Origin: Leptolyngbyaceae cyanobacterium
Lineage (GTDB): Bacteria > Cyanobacteriota > Cyanobacteriia > Phormidesmidales > Phormidesmidaceae
Assembly: GCA_050331235.1 (NCBI GenBank)
Contig: JBHJHA010000067.1
Coordinates: 1 to 18,204, forward strand
Direction of reading: 5' to 3'
Length of the DNA: 18,204 bases
The translations under genes were made by a program, and so were the position numbers. The notes under the pieces are model-generated. The model was not told where the DNA came from. It made no database searches and saw only the letters and a list, made by a program, of their open reading frames with translations. This document shows, piece by piece, positions 8,500-17,150 of the stretch (the first letter of the stretch is position 1; every line of letters starts with the position of its first letter).

Positions 8500-8906
8500 G
8501 AATTGAGGGTTGGAGAGTCTACCGTGCCATAAAGCTCAGGCATCTCTCGGGAAGGCGGCAGCGTCTTGGCGTCGCGGGTTTCGATAAACCCAGTGTAGTA
8601 AGCGCCACTTTCGATCTCGAGGGCTCCGGCAACCACGTCTCCTTCTAGGCGAGCGGTGCGGCTCAAAGTGAGCTTGCCTTTGACTAGCACGCGGGCCTTC
8701 AACACACCATGAACAACGAGATTTTCAGCTTGCACTTCAGGTCCTTCTATCAAGCCTGTGGCAGAAATCTCTAAATCTCCGTGGACATCAACCGTGCCAT
8801 GAACAATCCCATCTACCCGGAGCATCCCCTCTGCATGGAGAATGCCCTCAAACTCGGTTTTTTGACTGAGATAGGTGAGTAGAGGTGCTGATTTGCGCCT
8901 GAACAT
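8496..8906 (-). CDS. Bactofilin (polymer-forming cytoskeletal protein, CcmA/DUF583 family)
   Basis: TYLSQKTEFEGILHAEGMLRVDGIVHGTV..GDLEISATGLIEG..V.AENLVVHG...GKLTLSRTARLEGDVVAGALEIESGA beta-helix repeats. ATG at 8906 (MFRRK). Confidence 0.93.
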   Translation of the reverse strand: MFRRKSAPLLTYLSQKTEFEGILHAEGMLRVDGIVHGTVDVHGDLEISATGLIEGPEVQAENLVVHGVLKARVLVKGKLTLSRTARLEGDVVAGALEIESGAYYTGFIETRDAKTLPPSREMPELYGTVDSPTLNS

Positions 8907-9508
8907 TATTGAAACTTTGCCTCGTCGAACGTTTGGACCACTTGCTGTTGAGAAAACGACCAACCCCGATCTTCGCTGCGACTCTACCGATGCACTTCAA
9001 ATAGAAGCCCTTTCTATAAGACTTATAGCACCCTTTGTTAGTCAAGTTTTGTCCACCTGGCCTGAACTAACAAGCATCTCAGCCCCTCAGTTAGCCACAT
9101 CACAAGCATCAGCGAACTGGGATCAACAGGCGTTTATTCGGCAGTTAATGAGAAAGTCCCGTTCGACACATCTTGCTCTATTACTTGTTGGAATTGGAGG
9201 AAACTCTAAAGGTTTTTCAGATTTTGAGAATTACGGGGATCAATAGAATTAGTAAGAAATAGCTGGTTCATAGCCGGTTCCAAGCTGATCCCAATCTTGA
9301 TTTGATAGTCCTGTATGCTTAGCGATGTTTTCTTTAACACGGCACTGCTCTGGTAAATCAGGTCAGTATTGAGATTGACTTAGAAGTCACTGCCCCGGTC
9401 AAAACTTTCAAACTGCTACTTGTGTATTTTTGTACATTGCCCAGGCCTTAGCTGCTGTTGTTACCTGTTTGCCTTGCCTTGACATCCGATAATATCTAGG
9501 ATTTTGCC

Positions 9509-9958
9509 ATGATCGCCACTCGCTTAAATCCCACTTCAGATAGTATTTTTGACCGTTTTTTGACAGCTAGCCCCGCGACGCAACTGATGGTGCTCCGCTC
9601 AGTTGTGGAAAAGATCCACCAGGCTTCTAGTACAGCAACCCCTAGTGCGTTATTTTCCCAAAAGGTTCAGAGTGTATTGAGGCTTCTGCAGCAGCTCCCC
9701 CGAGATGAGCGTCATCAAGCTTTAGAGGAGATATTACAGGATGTCGATACTAGATTGACCGAGGCTTATCGTGACTTGGATAGCAACATGAAGGTGGCTT
9801 TTTGGTATCGGTTGGCCAGCGATCGCCATAGTCAAAATCTCTTGTCTGACGTTCAGACCTCACCTTGGAATCACGAGCAGCAACGACTGCTCAATGAGTT
9901 AGAGAGCCGCGACTCAAATGAACTCATTACCTTTTTGCATAGGGTGATCGCTGGCTAA
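9509..9958 (+). CDS. Divergent helical carotenoid protein (stand-alone orange carotenoid protein N-terminal domain homolog)
   Basis: DTRLTEAYRDLDSNMKVAFWYRLA aligns by eye to the OCP-NTD signature DTPLCRTYASWSPNIKLGFWYRLG. Also RF..QL, ATPSA, LITFL. Length of 149 aa matches a lone NTD. Confidence 0.82.
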   Translation: MIATRLNPTSDSIFDRFLTASPATQLMVLRSVVEKIHQASSTATPSALFSQKVQSVLRLLQQLPRDERHQALEEILQDVDTRLTEAYRDLDSNMKVAFWYRLASDRHSQNLLSDVQTSPWNHEQQRLLNELESRDSNELITFLHRVIAG

Positions 9959-10046
9959 CCGGCAACCACCCTTATTTGAGGGGTACCAGTAAGGACTACT
10001 CCGCAAGCTCTGTTCTGCAAGAACTGCATCCATAAACAACACGCCT

Positions 10047-10080
10047 AAAACCAGCCGGGCTAAGCAGCCCGGCTGGTTTT
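10047..10080. terminator. Bidirectional intrinsic terminator between the convergent HCP-like and rhomboid genes
   Basis: Perfect 15-bp inverted repeat AAAACCAGCCGGGCT-AAGC-AGCCCGGCTGGTTTT with A and T tracts on either side. Confidence 0.85.
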
Positions 10081-10154
10081 GATCTTTAACTAACCGCAGA
10101 GATTTATCAATATTGAGCATTTCAACTCGGGCCTGATCCCTCAAAACTCGAGCG

Positions 10155-10883
10155 CTATCCATCCAAATCTGAAGAAAATCGCTCATTGGAGCGATCGATC
10201 AGCCCTAGCAATGGGCCCAAAATTGCGCCAAACACAAAGCCCCCGGCGTGGGCCCAGTAAGCAACACCACCCTCAGCCATACCAATGTTCGCGGGCGTGT
10301 TGAGACTTGCAAGGCCGTAGGAAGCCTGCTGCAAAAACCAAATACCTAGGTAGAACATAGCTGGGATGCGCAGGGGAAAGAAAAAGAACCCTAGTGGAAT
10401 GACGGTCAAAATTCGAACATCCGGAAACCGAAAGATGTAAGCCCCCATGACTCCAGCGATCGCCCCGCTGGCCCCCAAAGAAGGAACCTCAGAATACATA
10501 CCAAAAAACCACTGGGCCAACGTTGCTAACGTGCCACACACCAAATAAAACAGTACAAACCTGACGTGACCAAGCTCCTCTTCAACGTTGTTCCCAAACA
10601 CCCACAGGTACAGCATGTTGCCGCCGATGTGCAGGAAGCCAGCATGCATAAACTGAGCAGAAATCAGCGTAAACCACTCATGTAGAGTGAAAATGGTGAA
10701 CCCTCCCCCCTGAAAAGCCTCGGTGAGTTGCTCTGGCACAACGGCCCAAGTGCGAAAAAAGCTCGACAGCTCCATGGGCGATAGCGTCAGCTCGTATAAA
10801 AATACCAGCACATTGATCGCAATTAGCCCGTAGGTAACATAGGGAGTGATTTTGACCGGGTTGTCGTCTTTGAGAGGAACCAC
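10155..10883 (-). CDS. Rhomboid-family intramembrane serine protease
   Basis: FMHAGFLHIGGNMLYLWVFGNNVE, catalytic GASG and AHAGGF. Likely GTG start at 10883 (VVPLKDDNP). The ORF-track extension to 11042 looks non-coding. Confidence 0.95.
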   Translation of the reverse strand: MVPLKDDNPVKITPYVTYGLIAINVLVFLYELTLSPMELSSFFRTWAVVPEQLTEAFQGGGFTIFTLHEWFTLISAQFMHAGFLHIGGNMLYLWVFGNNVEEELGHVRFVLFYLVCGTLATLAQWFFGMYSEVPSLGASGAIAGVMGAYIFRFPDVRILTVIPLGFFFFPLRIPAMFYLGIWFLQQASYGLASLNTPANIGMAEGGVAYWAHAGGFVFGAILGPLLGLIDRSNERFSSDLDG

Positions 10884-11500
10884 AATACACAAAACATTGT
10901 CCACTTGTGACCATACCAAAGTCGGTCTGTAGGTAAGACTGTCTACAGAATGATTTATCCCAAATTTTCTAAACCTGGACTCTCCATCGACGCAGCAGCC
11001 CCCCTCTCTCCCAGAGCTTTGGTAATTTGAGAGAAGTTGCAAGCGTCCCTTTCCCGAGAGGGCGACGACAATGGGAAAGCTACAATCCTTAGCGCTTCCA
11101 GAGTTGGTGTTGTGGGTCCGCTGACCATTCAGCTTCCGCCTGTGGCGGCCATTATCGGCACGTGCAAAGTGCTCCTTGAATCTAGCTAGGAACTTTGCCC
11201 CTTGAGAGTGGTCAAAAAATTGGGTTGAGGTGATTTCAACTAGGCATCAGTAGCCAACCAGTTGGGCTCAGTCGCTGGCGCTAACAACTTTAGTGACATT
11301 CAAGTGTGCCAGTTGTGTATGACAGATGGGAAAGTGTACTGAACCTTGGCCCTAGACCCACAAGCCACAGCTAATTTGAAGATATATCAGCGGAACTTTA
11401 AGCCGCCATCCACCTAAAATGCTTTGCCTATATCTTCCTCGATGCACTGCTATTGAGAGATAACAGCGAGTTTAGAAATCGTTTATCGAGCCAGTTTGCT

Positions 11501-11938
11501 ATGTTCTCAAACCAAATTGCTGCCGCTGCTGCCGCCGTGCCGCTCTTGATCACTGGTCAGCCAGTGGTGGAATTCGCTCAGAACGCTGGCCCCTACGCTA
11601 ACTGGGTTTTTCTCTACGAGGACAGTTTTGAAGACAGGTCTGGGCGGGAAATCACTCAAGCATGGTGGTTGTCACCTGACACAACCCATGAGAGCAATGT
11701 GGTCAATTTTCGGTTGTTGGCCCGGCGATCGCCGATTAGCGACAACGGTACTGCAGCAGCGGTGTTTGATTATGTGGCTGACTGTGAAACCAAGGCTTAC
11801 ACCATTGAGCGTACAGAATTTCTCGATGTAAATGATCAAACCCTCGACGTCCAGATGATTCAGCGCGTAATGGAGCCGAGTGACCCAGAGAGTCCGTTTC
11901 ATGACGTGCTCGAAGATTTGTGCGGGGGCATTCGCTAA
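11501..11938 (+). CDS. Hypothetical, probably exported protein
   Basis: ATG at 11501, Ala-rich leader, and a beta-rich domain with two Cys (YVADCETK, EDLCGG). Confidence 0.75.
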   Translation: MFSNQIAAAAAAVPLLITGQPVVEFAQNAGPYANWVFLYEDSFEDRSGREITQAWWLSPDTTHESNVVNFRLLARRSPISDNGTAAAVFDYVADCETKAYTIERTEFLDVNDQTLDVQMIQRVMEPSDPESPFHDVLEDLCGGIR

Positions 11939-11988
11939 GCCCGTTTCCGAAATTGCCTGTCCAGGTTGTAATGATGTCACCTCTGCCT

Positions 11989-12008
11989 CAGTAGGGGAAC
12001 CCGTACTG
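11989..12008 (+). promoter_or_regulatory. K-box-like palindrome upstream of htpG
   Basis: CAGTAGGGGAACCCGTACTG resembles the cyanobacterial chaperone K-box GTTCGG-NNAN-CCNNAC. It lies about 90 nt before the htpG ATG. Confidence 0.55.
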
Positions 12009-12098
12009 TAATGGGAGCAGTTTTGCCCTTGATAGAAACCGCGATCGCCGACGAAGATTAAGCCGTTTACGCTGTCTTGAAAACGTGGGTCCCGGACT

Positions 12099-14090
12099 AT
12101 GGCGACAATTTTGGAAAAAGGCAACATCAGTATCCATACTGAGAATATTTTTCCCATCATTAAAAAATGGCTGTATTCAGACCATGAAATCTTTTTGCGC
12201 GAGCTGATCTCCAACGGAGTTGATGCAATTCAAAAGCTCTCATTGCTGTCGAGATCTGGCCAATATGACGGCGAGGTCAATGAACCCTACATTCAAATTG
12301 CGATTGATAAAGAAGCCAAAACCCTCAGCATTTCTGACACGGGTCTCGGCATGACTGCCGAAGAGGTCAAAAAATACATCAATCAAGTGGCCTTTTCCAG
12401 CGCTGAGGAGTTTGTCAGCAAGTTCAAAGAGAGTGGCGATACGAATATTATCGGTCACTTTGGCCTCGGCTTTTATTCGTCGTTCATGGTGTCGAGCAAA
12501 GTTGAAATCGACACCCTATCATACCAAGAGGGAGCGGAGGCGGTTCACTGGAGCTGTGATGGCACCACCGAATTTGAGTTATCTCCCTCCGACCGCTCTA
12601 CCGTCGGTACAACGGTCACCTTATTTTTATTAGAAGACGAGCAGGAATACTTAGAACCTACTCGCGTGCAGCAGCTAGTCAAAACTTACTGTGACTTCTT
12701 GCCCGTCCCCATCAAGTTAGACGATGAAGTTATCAATAAGCACGAAGCACCGTGGAAGCAATCGCTCAATAGTCTGAGCGATGAGGACTACTTGGAGTTC
12801 TACCGCTATTTGTATCCGTTTCAAGAGGAGCCGCTCCTGTGGGTCCATCTCAATACTGACTACCCATTTGACGTCAACGGTATCCTCTACTTTCCGAAGC
12901 TGAAGCCCGACATTGATGTGACCAAGAGCAACATCAAGCTGTTCTGCAATCAGGTATTTGTCAGCGACAACTGTGAAGAGGTGATTCCTCGTTTTTTGAT
13001 GCCGCTGCGCGGGGTGATTGATAGTCCTGACATTCCGCTCAATGTGTCCCGGAGCTTTTTGCAGAACGATCGCACCGTACGCAAAATCTCTGAATACATC
13101 GCGCGCAAAGTGGGCGATAGCTTAAAGGGCTTGTATCGCACGGATCTGGCAAAGTACATCGCTTCGTGGCAGGACCTCGGTACCTTCATTAAGTTTGGGG
13201 CCATGAACGATGACAAGTTTAAGCAGCAGGTTGAGGATTTCGTGATCTTCCGAACCACGGCCCAACTCGGCGAGCCCCAGGACACCGACACCGACACCGC
13301 TAAGGTAGAAGTACAAACAGATGAAGGGGATGCTTGGTCAGAGGTAGAGAATGCAGCTGTTCCTACCGATGCCAATGGCTACTATTACACCAACCTCAAG
13401 GACTACCTGGAGCGCAACAAAGAGCGCCATGAGAATCGGGTTTTCTACGCGACTGATGAAGCCTCTCAAGCCACCTACATTGCTCTACACCAGTCCCAGG
13501 GTTTGGAAGTGCTCTTCCTTGATGCCTTTATTGACCAGCACTTTGTAACTTTCCTAGAGCAGCAATATGCTGACGTGAAGTTCTCCCGTGTCGATGCAGA
13601 TTTAGACGACGCGCTGCTGGACAAGGAGCAAGAGAGCGAAATTGTTGACCCCACTACGAACAAGACTCGCGATCAAGAGATTAAAGACTTGTTTGAGACG
13701 GCGCTCAACAAACCGCAAGTCAACGTCCGCACGGAAGCGCTAAAGGCTGAAAGCCCGGATACCCCCCCGGCGATGGTGCTGTTGCCCGAGGCCACCCGCC
13801 GCATGCAGGAAATGATGGCGATGATGCAGCAAACTAATGCTGAGTTTCCCGAAGACCATGTGCTGTTGGTAAACACCGCTCACCCGCTGATCAAAAACCT
13901 GTCGAAGCTAAAGCAGGGAGCGATCGTCCAGCCTGATGGGTCAAGCTCACCCGCTGGGGACATGGCAAACCTGATTTGTCAGCACGTTTATGATTTGGCG
14001 CTAATGGCCCAAAAAGGCTTCGATGCTGATGGTATGAAGTCTTTTGTGGAACGCTCTAGCAAGCTGCTGACCCAGCTTACGGAGAACTAA
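12099..14090 (+). CDS. htpG: Molecular chaperone HtpG (Hsp90)
   Basis: LYSDHEIFLRELISNGVDA, ISDTGLGMT, IIGHFGLGFYSSFMV, LRGVIDSPDIPLNVSRSFLQ, LLVNTAHPLI. Confidence 0.99.
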   Translation: MATILEKGNISIHTENIFPIIKKWLYSDHEIFLRELISNGVDAIQKLSLLSRSGQYDGEVNEPYIQIAIDKEAKTLSISDTGLGMTAEEVKKYINQVAFSSAEEFVSKFKESGDTNIIGHFGLGFYSSFMVSSKVEIDTLSYQEGAEAVHWSCDGTTEFELSPSDRSTVGTTVTLFLLEDEQEYLEPTRVQQLVKTYCDFLPVPIKLDDEVINKHEAPWKQSLNSLSDEDYLEFYRYLYPFQEEPLLWVHLNTDYPFDVNGILYFPKLKPDIDVTKSNIKLFCNQVFVSDNCEEVIPRFLMPLRGVIDSPDIPLNVSRSFLQNDRTVRKISEYIARKVGDSLKGLYRTDLAKYIASWQDLGTFIKFGAMNDDKFKQQVEDFVIFRTTAQLGEPQDTDTDTAKVEVQTDEGDAWSEVENAAVPTDANGYYYTNLKDYLERNKERHENRVFYATDEASQATYIALHQSQGLEVLFLDAFIDQHFVTFLEQQYADVKFSRVDADLDDALLDKEQESEIVDPTTNKTRDQEIKDLFETALNKPQVNVRTEALKAESPDTPPAMVLLPEATRRMQEMMAMMQQTNAEFPEDHVLLVNTAHPLIKNLSKLKQGAIVQPDGSSSPAGDMANLICQHVYDLALMAQKGFDADGMKSFVERSSKLLTQLTEN

Positions 14091-14180
14091 GCGCCGCCCT
14101 CAGTTCGAGGCAAGATTAAACAAACAAAATGCGCAGCAAACCAGGCGATCGCGCTTCAGGCTTGCTGCGATTGCTCGGTC

Positions 14181-14212
14181 ACCGCTGTCTTTCTTAGAGG
14201 GCAGCGGTTTTT
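14181..14212 (+). terminator. Intrinsic terminator after htpG
   Basis: ACCGCTGTCT...GGGCAGCGGT stem (two G-U pairs) followed by TTTT. Confidence 0.75.
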
Positions 14213-14376
14213 GCGTGATTGATTTAGCCGCTGTGGTGGGTGCTGAGTCTACGGCTGAGCTGATTACACACTGGACTTCAGGACAACAAGAACCTCCGCT
14301 CTGAAGCTGATGTAAAGTCAGTAACCCAGTAGGATAATGGTTAAATAGACGGAGTGTTTTCAACATAAGGGGCAAC

Positions 14377-14850
14377 ATGGCACTGCTCATCACTGGTAAG
14401 CGATTTGTGAGCGATTTAGAATCGGCTGGCGCTTTAGCCGTCCGCATTCCTTTAGAGGGTGGCTTCGAAGGTCGCTATCAGCGTCGAGCCAGAGCTGCCG
14501 GTTATGAACCGGTCAATCTAACAGCTAAGGGGTTGGGCGACCTATCGGCCTACTTAACCGATGTGCATGGTGTACGGCCGGCTCACCTGGGCAAAAAGAC
14601 TATTGGCCAATCGGCCGCGGTGGGTGAGCGAGTTTTTGTACCGCCCATCTTGAACTATCGCTTTGAGAGCCTTTCTGATCAGTACAAAGGGCTTTTGCTT
14701 TGGATTATGGAAGGCATTATTTTTTCTCAGCAGGAGTTGGCCTACTTAACCGATTTGCCCAACGCAGTGCCTAATGTCAAGGTCGTTGTCGAGATGGGGG
14801 GAGCCCGCAAATTTACTTGGCAGCCGCTGGCAGCCGAGCTGTCTGCCTGA
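14377..14850 (+). CDS. ndhN: NAD(P)H-quinone oxidoreductase (NDH-1) subunit N
   Basis: MALLITGKRFVSDLESAGALAVRIPLEGGFEGRYQRR, ARGLGD-like AKGLGDLSAYL..HGVRPAHLGK, KVVVEMGG. Confidence 0.96.
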   Translation: MALLITGKRFVSDLESAGALAVRIPLEGGFEGRYQRRARAAGYEPVNLTAKGLGDLSAYLTDVHGVRPAHLGKKTIGQSAAVGERVFVPPILNYRFESLSDQYKGLLLWIMEGIIFSQQELAYLTDLPNAVPNVKVVVEMGGARKFTWQPLAAELSA

Positions 14851-15386
14851 ACAGAGATAGAGAATCTGATTTCACCTAGAAGATAGGATGCTTCTAGGTG
14901 GCGGGTGACTAGTTCCGCGATCGCGAATAGGTTTGTATCATTTGGGACTTCATTCGGGAAGCCTAGGAATACACTCACGTTCAAAAAGTCTTGCAATGCC
15001 GCTAACGCGAAACTTATCAGGACTTTTCCTGCGCTACACTTTTGGGTCGAGAGCTGAGCCATGGTTAGCATTCGCACAATGAAACAAATTCCCAGCAGCC
15101 GAACGATCCCGAGTTTTCGTTCGTGCCGATCGCTGAGTCATGGGCAGCGAAGCATCATCCTTGATAAAGGCCGCAGAATGATGGGCTCTGCTCAGGTGCT
15201 TGCCCACGACGCCCATCGCCAATGGCGTAACCGTCTTCGATAATCCGCCACACAACTTTTACCCGGTCTAGTCGCTGTCGTTTGAGAGCTGTAATCTGAT
15301 TAATCGTTTTGCTCCATTGATAGCCGCGATCGCCACCAGCCAGCTTTTCTAGTGGCAGGATAAAACGGTAAGCCCGTAAGGTAACC

Positions 15387-15860
15387 ATGGCATCGACATC
15401 ACCAGACGACCCCCCCCTCGACGAGTTTGCGATCGCCCGCCCCAGCCAAGACGATGCTGGTTTGGCACCTTTGTTGCTGACCGTGACAGAGCTTATCCGG
15501 CAACTCATGGAGGCTCAGATAATTCGGCGCATGGAATCGGGGCATTTAGCTGACGCAGATCTTGACCGGGCCTCAGAAAGCCTGCAGCGACTAGAGACAG
15601 AAATTGTCCGACTGTGTGAAATTTTTGATGTTGACCCAGCCGATCTCAACATTGATCTAGGCGAACTGGGGACCCTCTTGCCTCGCAATGGTGTCTACTA
15701 TCCAGGCGAAACCTCTAGTTCACCGTCGCTTTTAGAATTGCTTGATCGCTTGCTCGATACTGGCGTCGTAGTTGAGGGCGATGTGGACCTGGGTTTGGCC
15801 AAGCTCAATCTGATTCATGCAAAGTTACGCCTAATATTGACCTCTAAGCCGCTGAACTGA
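15387..15860 (+). CDS. gvpK: Gas vesicle protein GvpK (with C-terminal GvpA/J-like segment)
   Basis: GLAPLLLTVTELIRQLMEAQIIRRMESG...DLNIDLGELG (GvpK), then LLELLDRLLDTGVVVEGDVDLGLA (GvpA/J-like). Confidence 0.93.
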   Translation: MASTSPDDPPLDEFAIARPSQDDAGLAPLLLTVTELIRQLMEAQIIRRMESGHLADADLDRASESLQRLETEIVRLCEIFDVDPADLNIDLGELGTLLPRNGVYYPGETSSSPSLLELLDRLLDTGVVVEGDVDLGLAKLNLIHAKLRLILTSKPLN

Positions 15861-15905
15861 GATAAGCTGGCAGCGCGTTAAAATCCCGTTTCTCAATGGT
15901 TGACT

Positions 15906-16649
15906 ATGTCCCAGCTTCTTTACCTTTATGGCATCTTTCCTGCGCCAGGTCCGCAAAATTTAGACGTTCAGGGCATCGACAAACAACCGGTGTCAACCTA
16001 CATCATCGAAGACTTCGTTTTTTTACATTCTCCGGCCCTGCAAGAGCGCTATCTGGCCAGCCGCAAACACTTACTCGGCCATGAGCGCGTCTTAGAAGCC
16101 GCTATGCAGGCCGGTTATCGTACCCTACTGCCGCTCCAGTTTGGCCTCATCATTGAATCTTGGGATCGGGTAATTCAAGAACTCATTGCACCTCGAGGAG
16201 CAGGGCTACGATCGCTCTTTGCCAAGCTAAAGGGGCAGCGGGAAGTCAGCGTCAAAGTCCTCTGGGAAGCAGATGCTGAGCTCAATCAGCTGATGGCTGA
16301 AGATGCCGACCTGCGCGCCGAGCGCGATCAGCTAGAAGGCAAGCAGCTGAGTATGGATCAAGTAGTAAGCATTGGCCAATCAATTGAAGCGGCGATCGCA
16401 GAGCGCAAAAATGAAGTGATCAATGCCTTTCGCCATCGGCTCAATCCCCTATCAACCGAAGTGATTGAAAACGATCCGATGACCGACGCCATGATTTACA
16501 ACGCCGCTTATCTCATCCCATGGGAAAGCGAAGGTCACTTTAGTGAAAGCATCGAGGCTTTAGACGGACAGTTCGAAGACCGTCTACGCATCCGCTATAA
16601 CAACTTCACCGCGCCTTACAACTTTGCTCAGCTCGATCAGCTTAGCTGA
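15906..16649 (+). CDS. gvpF: Gas vesicle protein of the GvpF/GvpL family
   Basis: LYLYGIFP, HERVLE, LLPLQFG, EVSVKVLW, MIYNAAYLIP, APYNFA. ATG at 15906. Confidence 0.92.
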   Translation: MSQLLYLYGIFPAPGPQNLDVQGIDKQPVSTYIIEDFVFLHSPALQERYLASRKHLLGHERVLEAAMQAGYRTLLPLQFGLIIESWDRVIQELIAPRGAGLRSLFAKLKGQREVSVKVLWEADAELNQLMAEDADLRAERDQLEGKQLSMDQVVSIGQSIEAAIAERKNEVINAFRHRLNPLSTEVIENDPMTDAMIYNAAYLIPWESEGHFSESIEALDGQFEDRLRIRYNNFTAPYNFAQLDQLS

Positions 16650-16826
16650 GGGCGTCTAAGTAAAACCGGTGGCTTGGTGCTCAACTAGGCGACTGCCATC
16701 AGCTCATCCCCGTGAAATTCCAGAAAAAACCGTCAGCTATCCGGATGGTTGGGGCTTGACCTAGAACAAGGGAATGGTAGATGCACCCTGATAGTACTCC
16801 CTGACCCAAGCGGCCAGGGATTATTA

Positions 16827-17150
16827 TTACTCTGAAGACCCCTCGGGCGTTGCGGTCTCGGTCGCTGCGGTCTCACCTTCCGAGGCGGCGTCCGCAGTCT
16901 CAGGAGCTGTTTCCACGACTTCCTCAGGTTCCGGCTCTGGTGCCTTAGACTGAGGCCGAGGCCCTCTCATTAAGGCTGGAGACACAGCGGGCTTCTTTTC
17001 TTCACGATCACCTCGGCCTTTGCCTTTACCTCCCTTACGACCTTTGCGATCGCGGTCACGGCGTTCGCCGCTCGGTCTCTCGCGATCGCCATTACCTTCT
17101 TGGTTTTCACGAGCAGCCCTTTCGGATTTCTTGATAGGACGTTCAACCAT
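16827..17150 (-). CDS. Small, highly charged, probably disordered hypothetical protein
   Basis: MVERPIKKSER...RKGRKGGKGKGRG...PALMRGPRP...acidic E/T/A tail. ATG start and clean fit between neighbouring genes. Confidence 0.85.
   Translation of the reverse strand: MVERPIKKSERAARENQEGNGDRERPSGERRDRDRKGRKGGKGKGRGDREEKKPAVSPALMRGPRPQSKAPEPEPEEVVETAPETADAASEGETAATETATPEGSSE

Larger units (their letters stand above)
571..17089. repeat. Dispersed HIP1 octamer GCGATCGC (about 25 copies)
   Basis: Copies seen for example at 571, 627, 990, 1131, 2645, 3319, 4094/4100 (overlapping pair), 4931, 12041, 17046 and 17082. Fewer than one copy is expected by chance in 18 kb. HIP1 is a hallmark of many cyanobacterial genomes. 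Confidence 0.95.

Noticed and set aside
8875..9246. 123-aa plus-strand ORF
   Set aside because: It overlaps the bactofilin start on the opposite strand, has no recognisable motif, and lies in a likely divergent promoter region.
9423..9436. TGTAT-N4-GTACA as a LexA or NtcA site upstream of the HCP-like gene (a similar weak match is at 1203-1216)
   Set aside because: The spacing does not fit NtcA (GTA-N8-TAC), and one-mismatch hits to an 8-bp LexA core are expected several times by chance in 18 kb.
13281..13298. (GACACC)x3 microrepeat inside htpG
   Set aside because: In-frame, encoding DTDTDT in an acidic linker. It is too short to suggest phase variation.
11672..13876. Several antisense or alternate-frame ORFs over the hypothetical gene and htpG
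   Set aside because: Shadow ORFs of strong real genes, with no protein-like features.
14851..15386. Possible gvpA/gvpJ remnant or small gene upstream of gvpK
   Set aside because: The track ORFs here (14742..15077, 15034..15255, 15061..15243, 15155..15508) show no Gvp motif and conflict with each other or with neighbouring genes.
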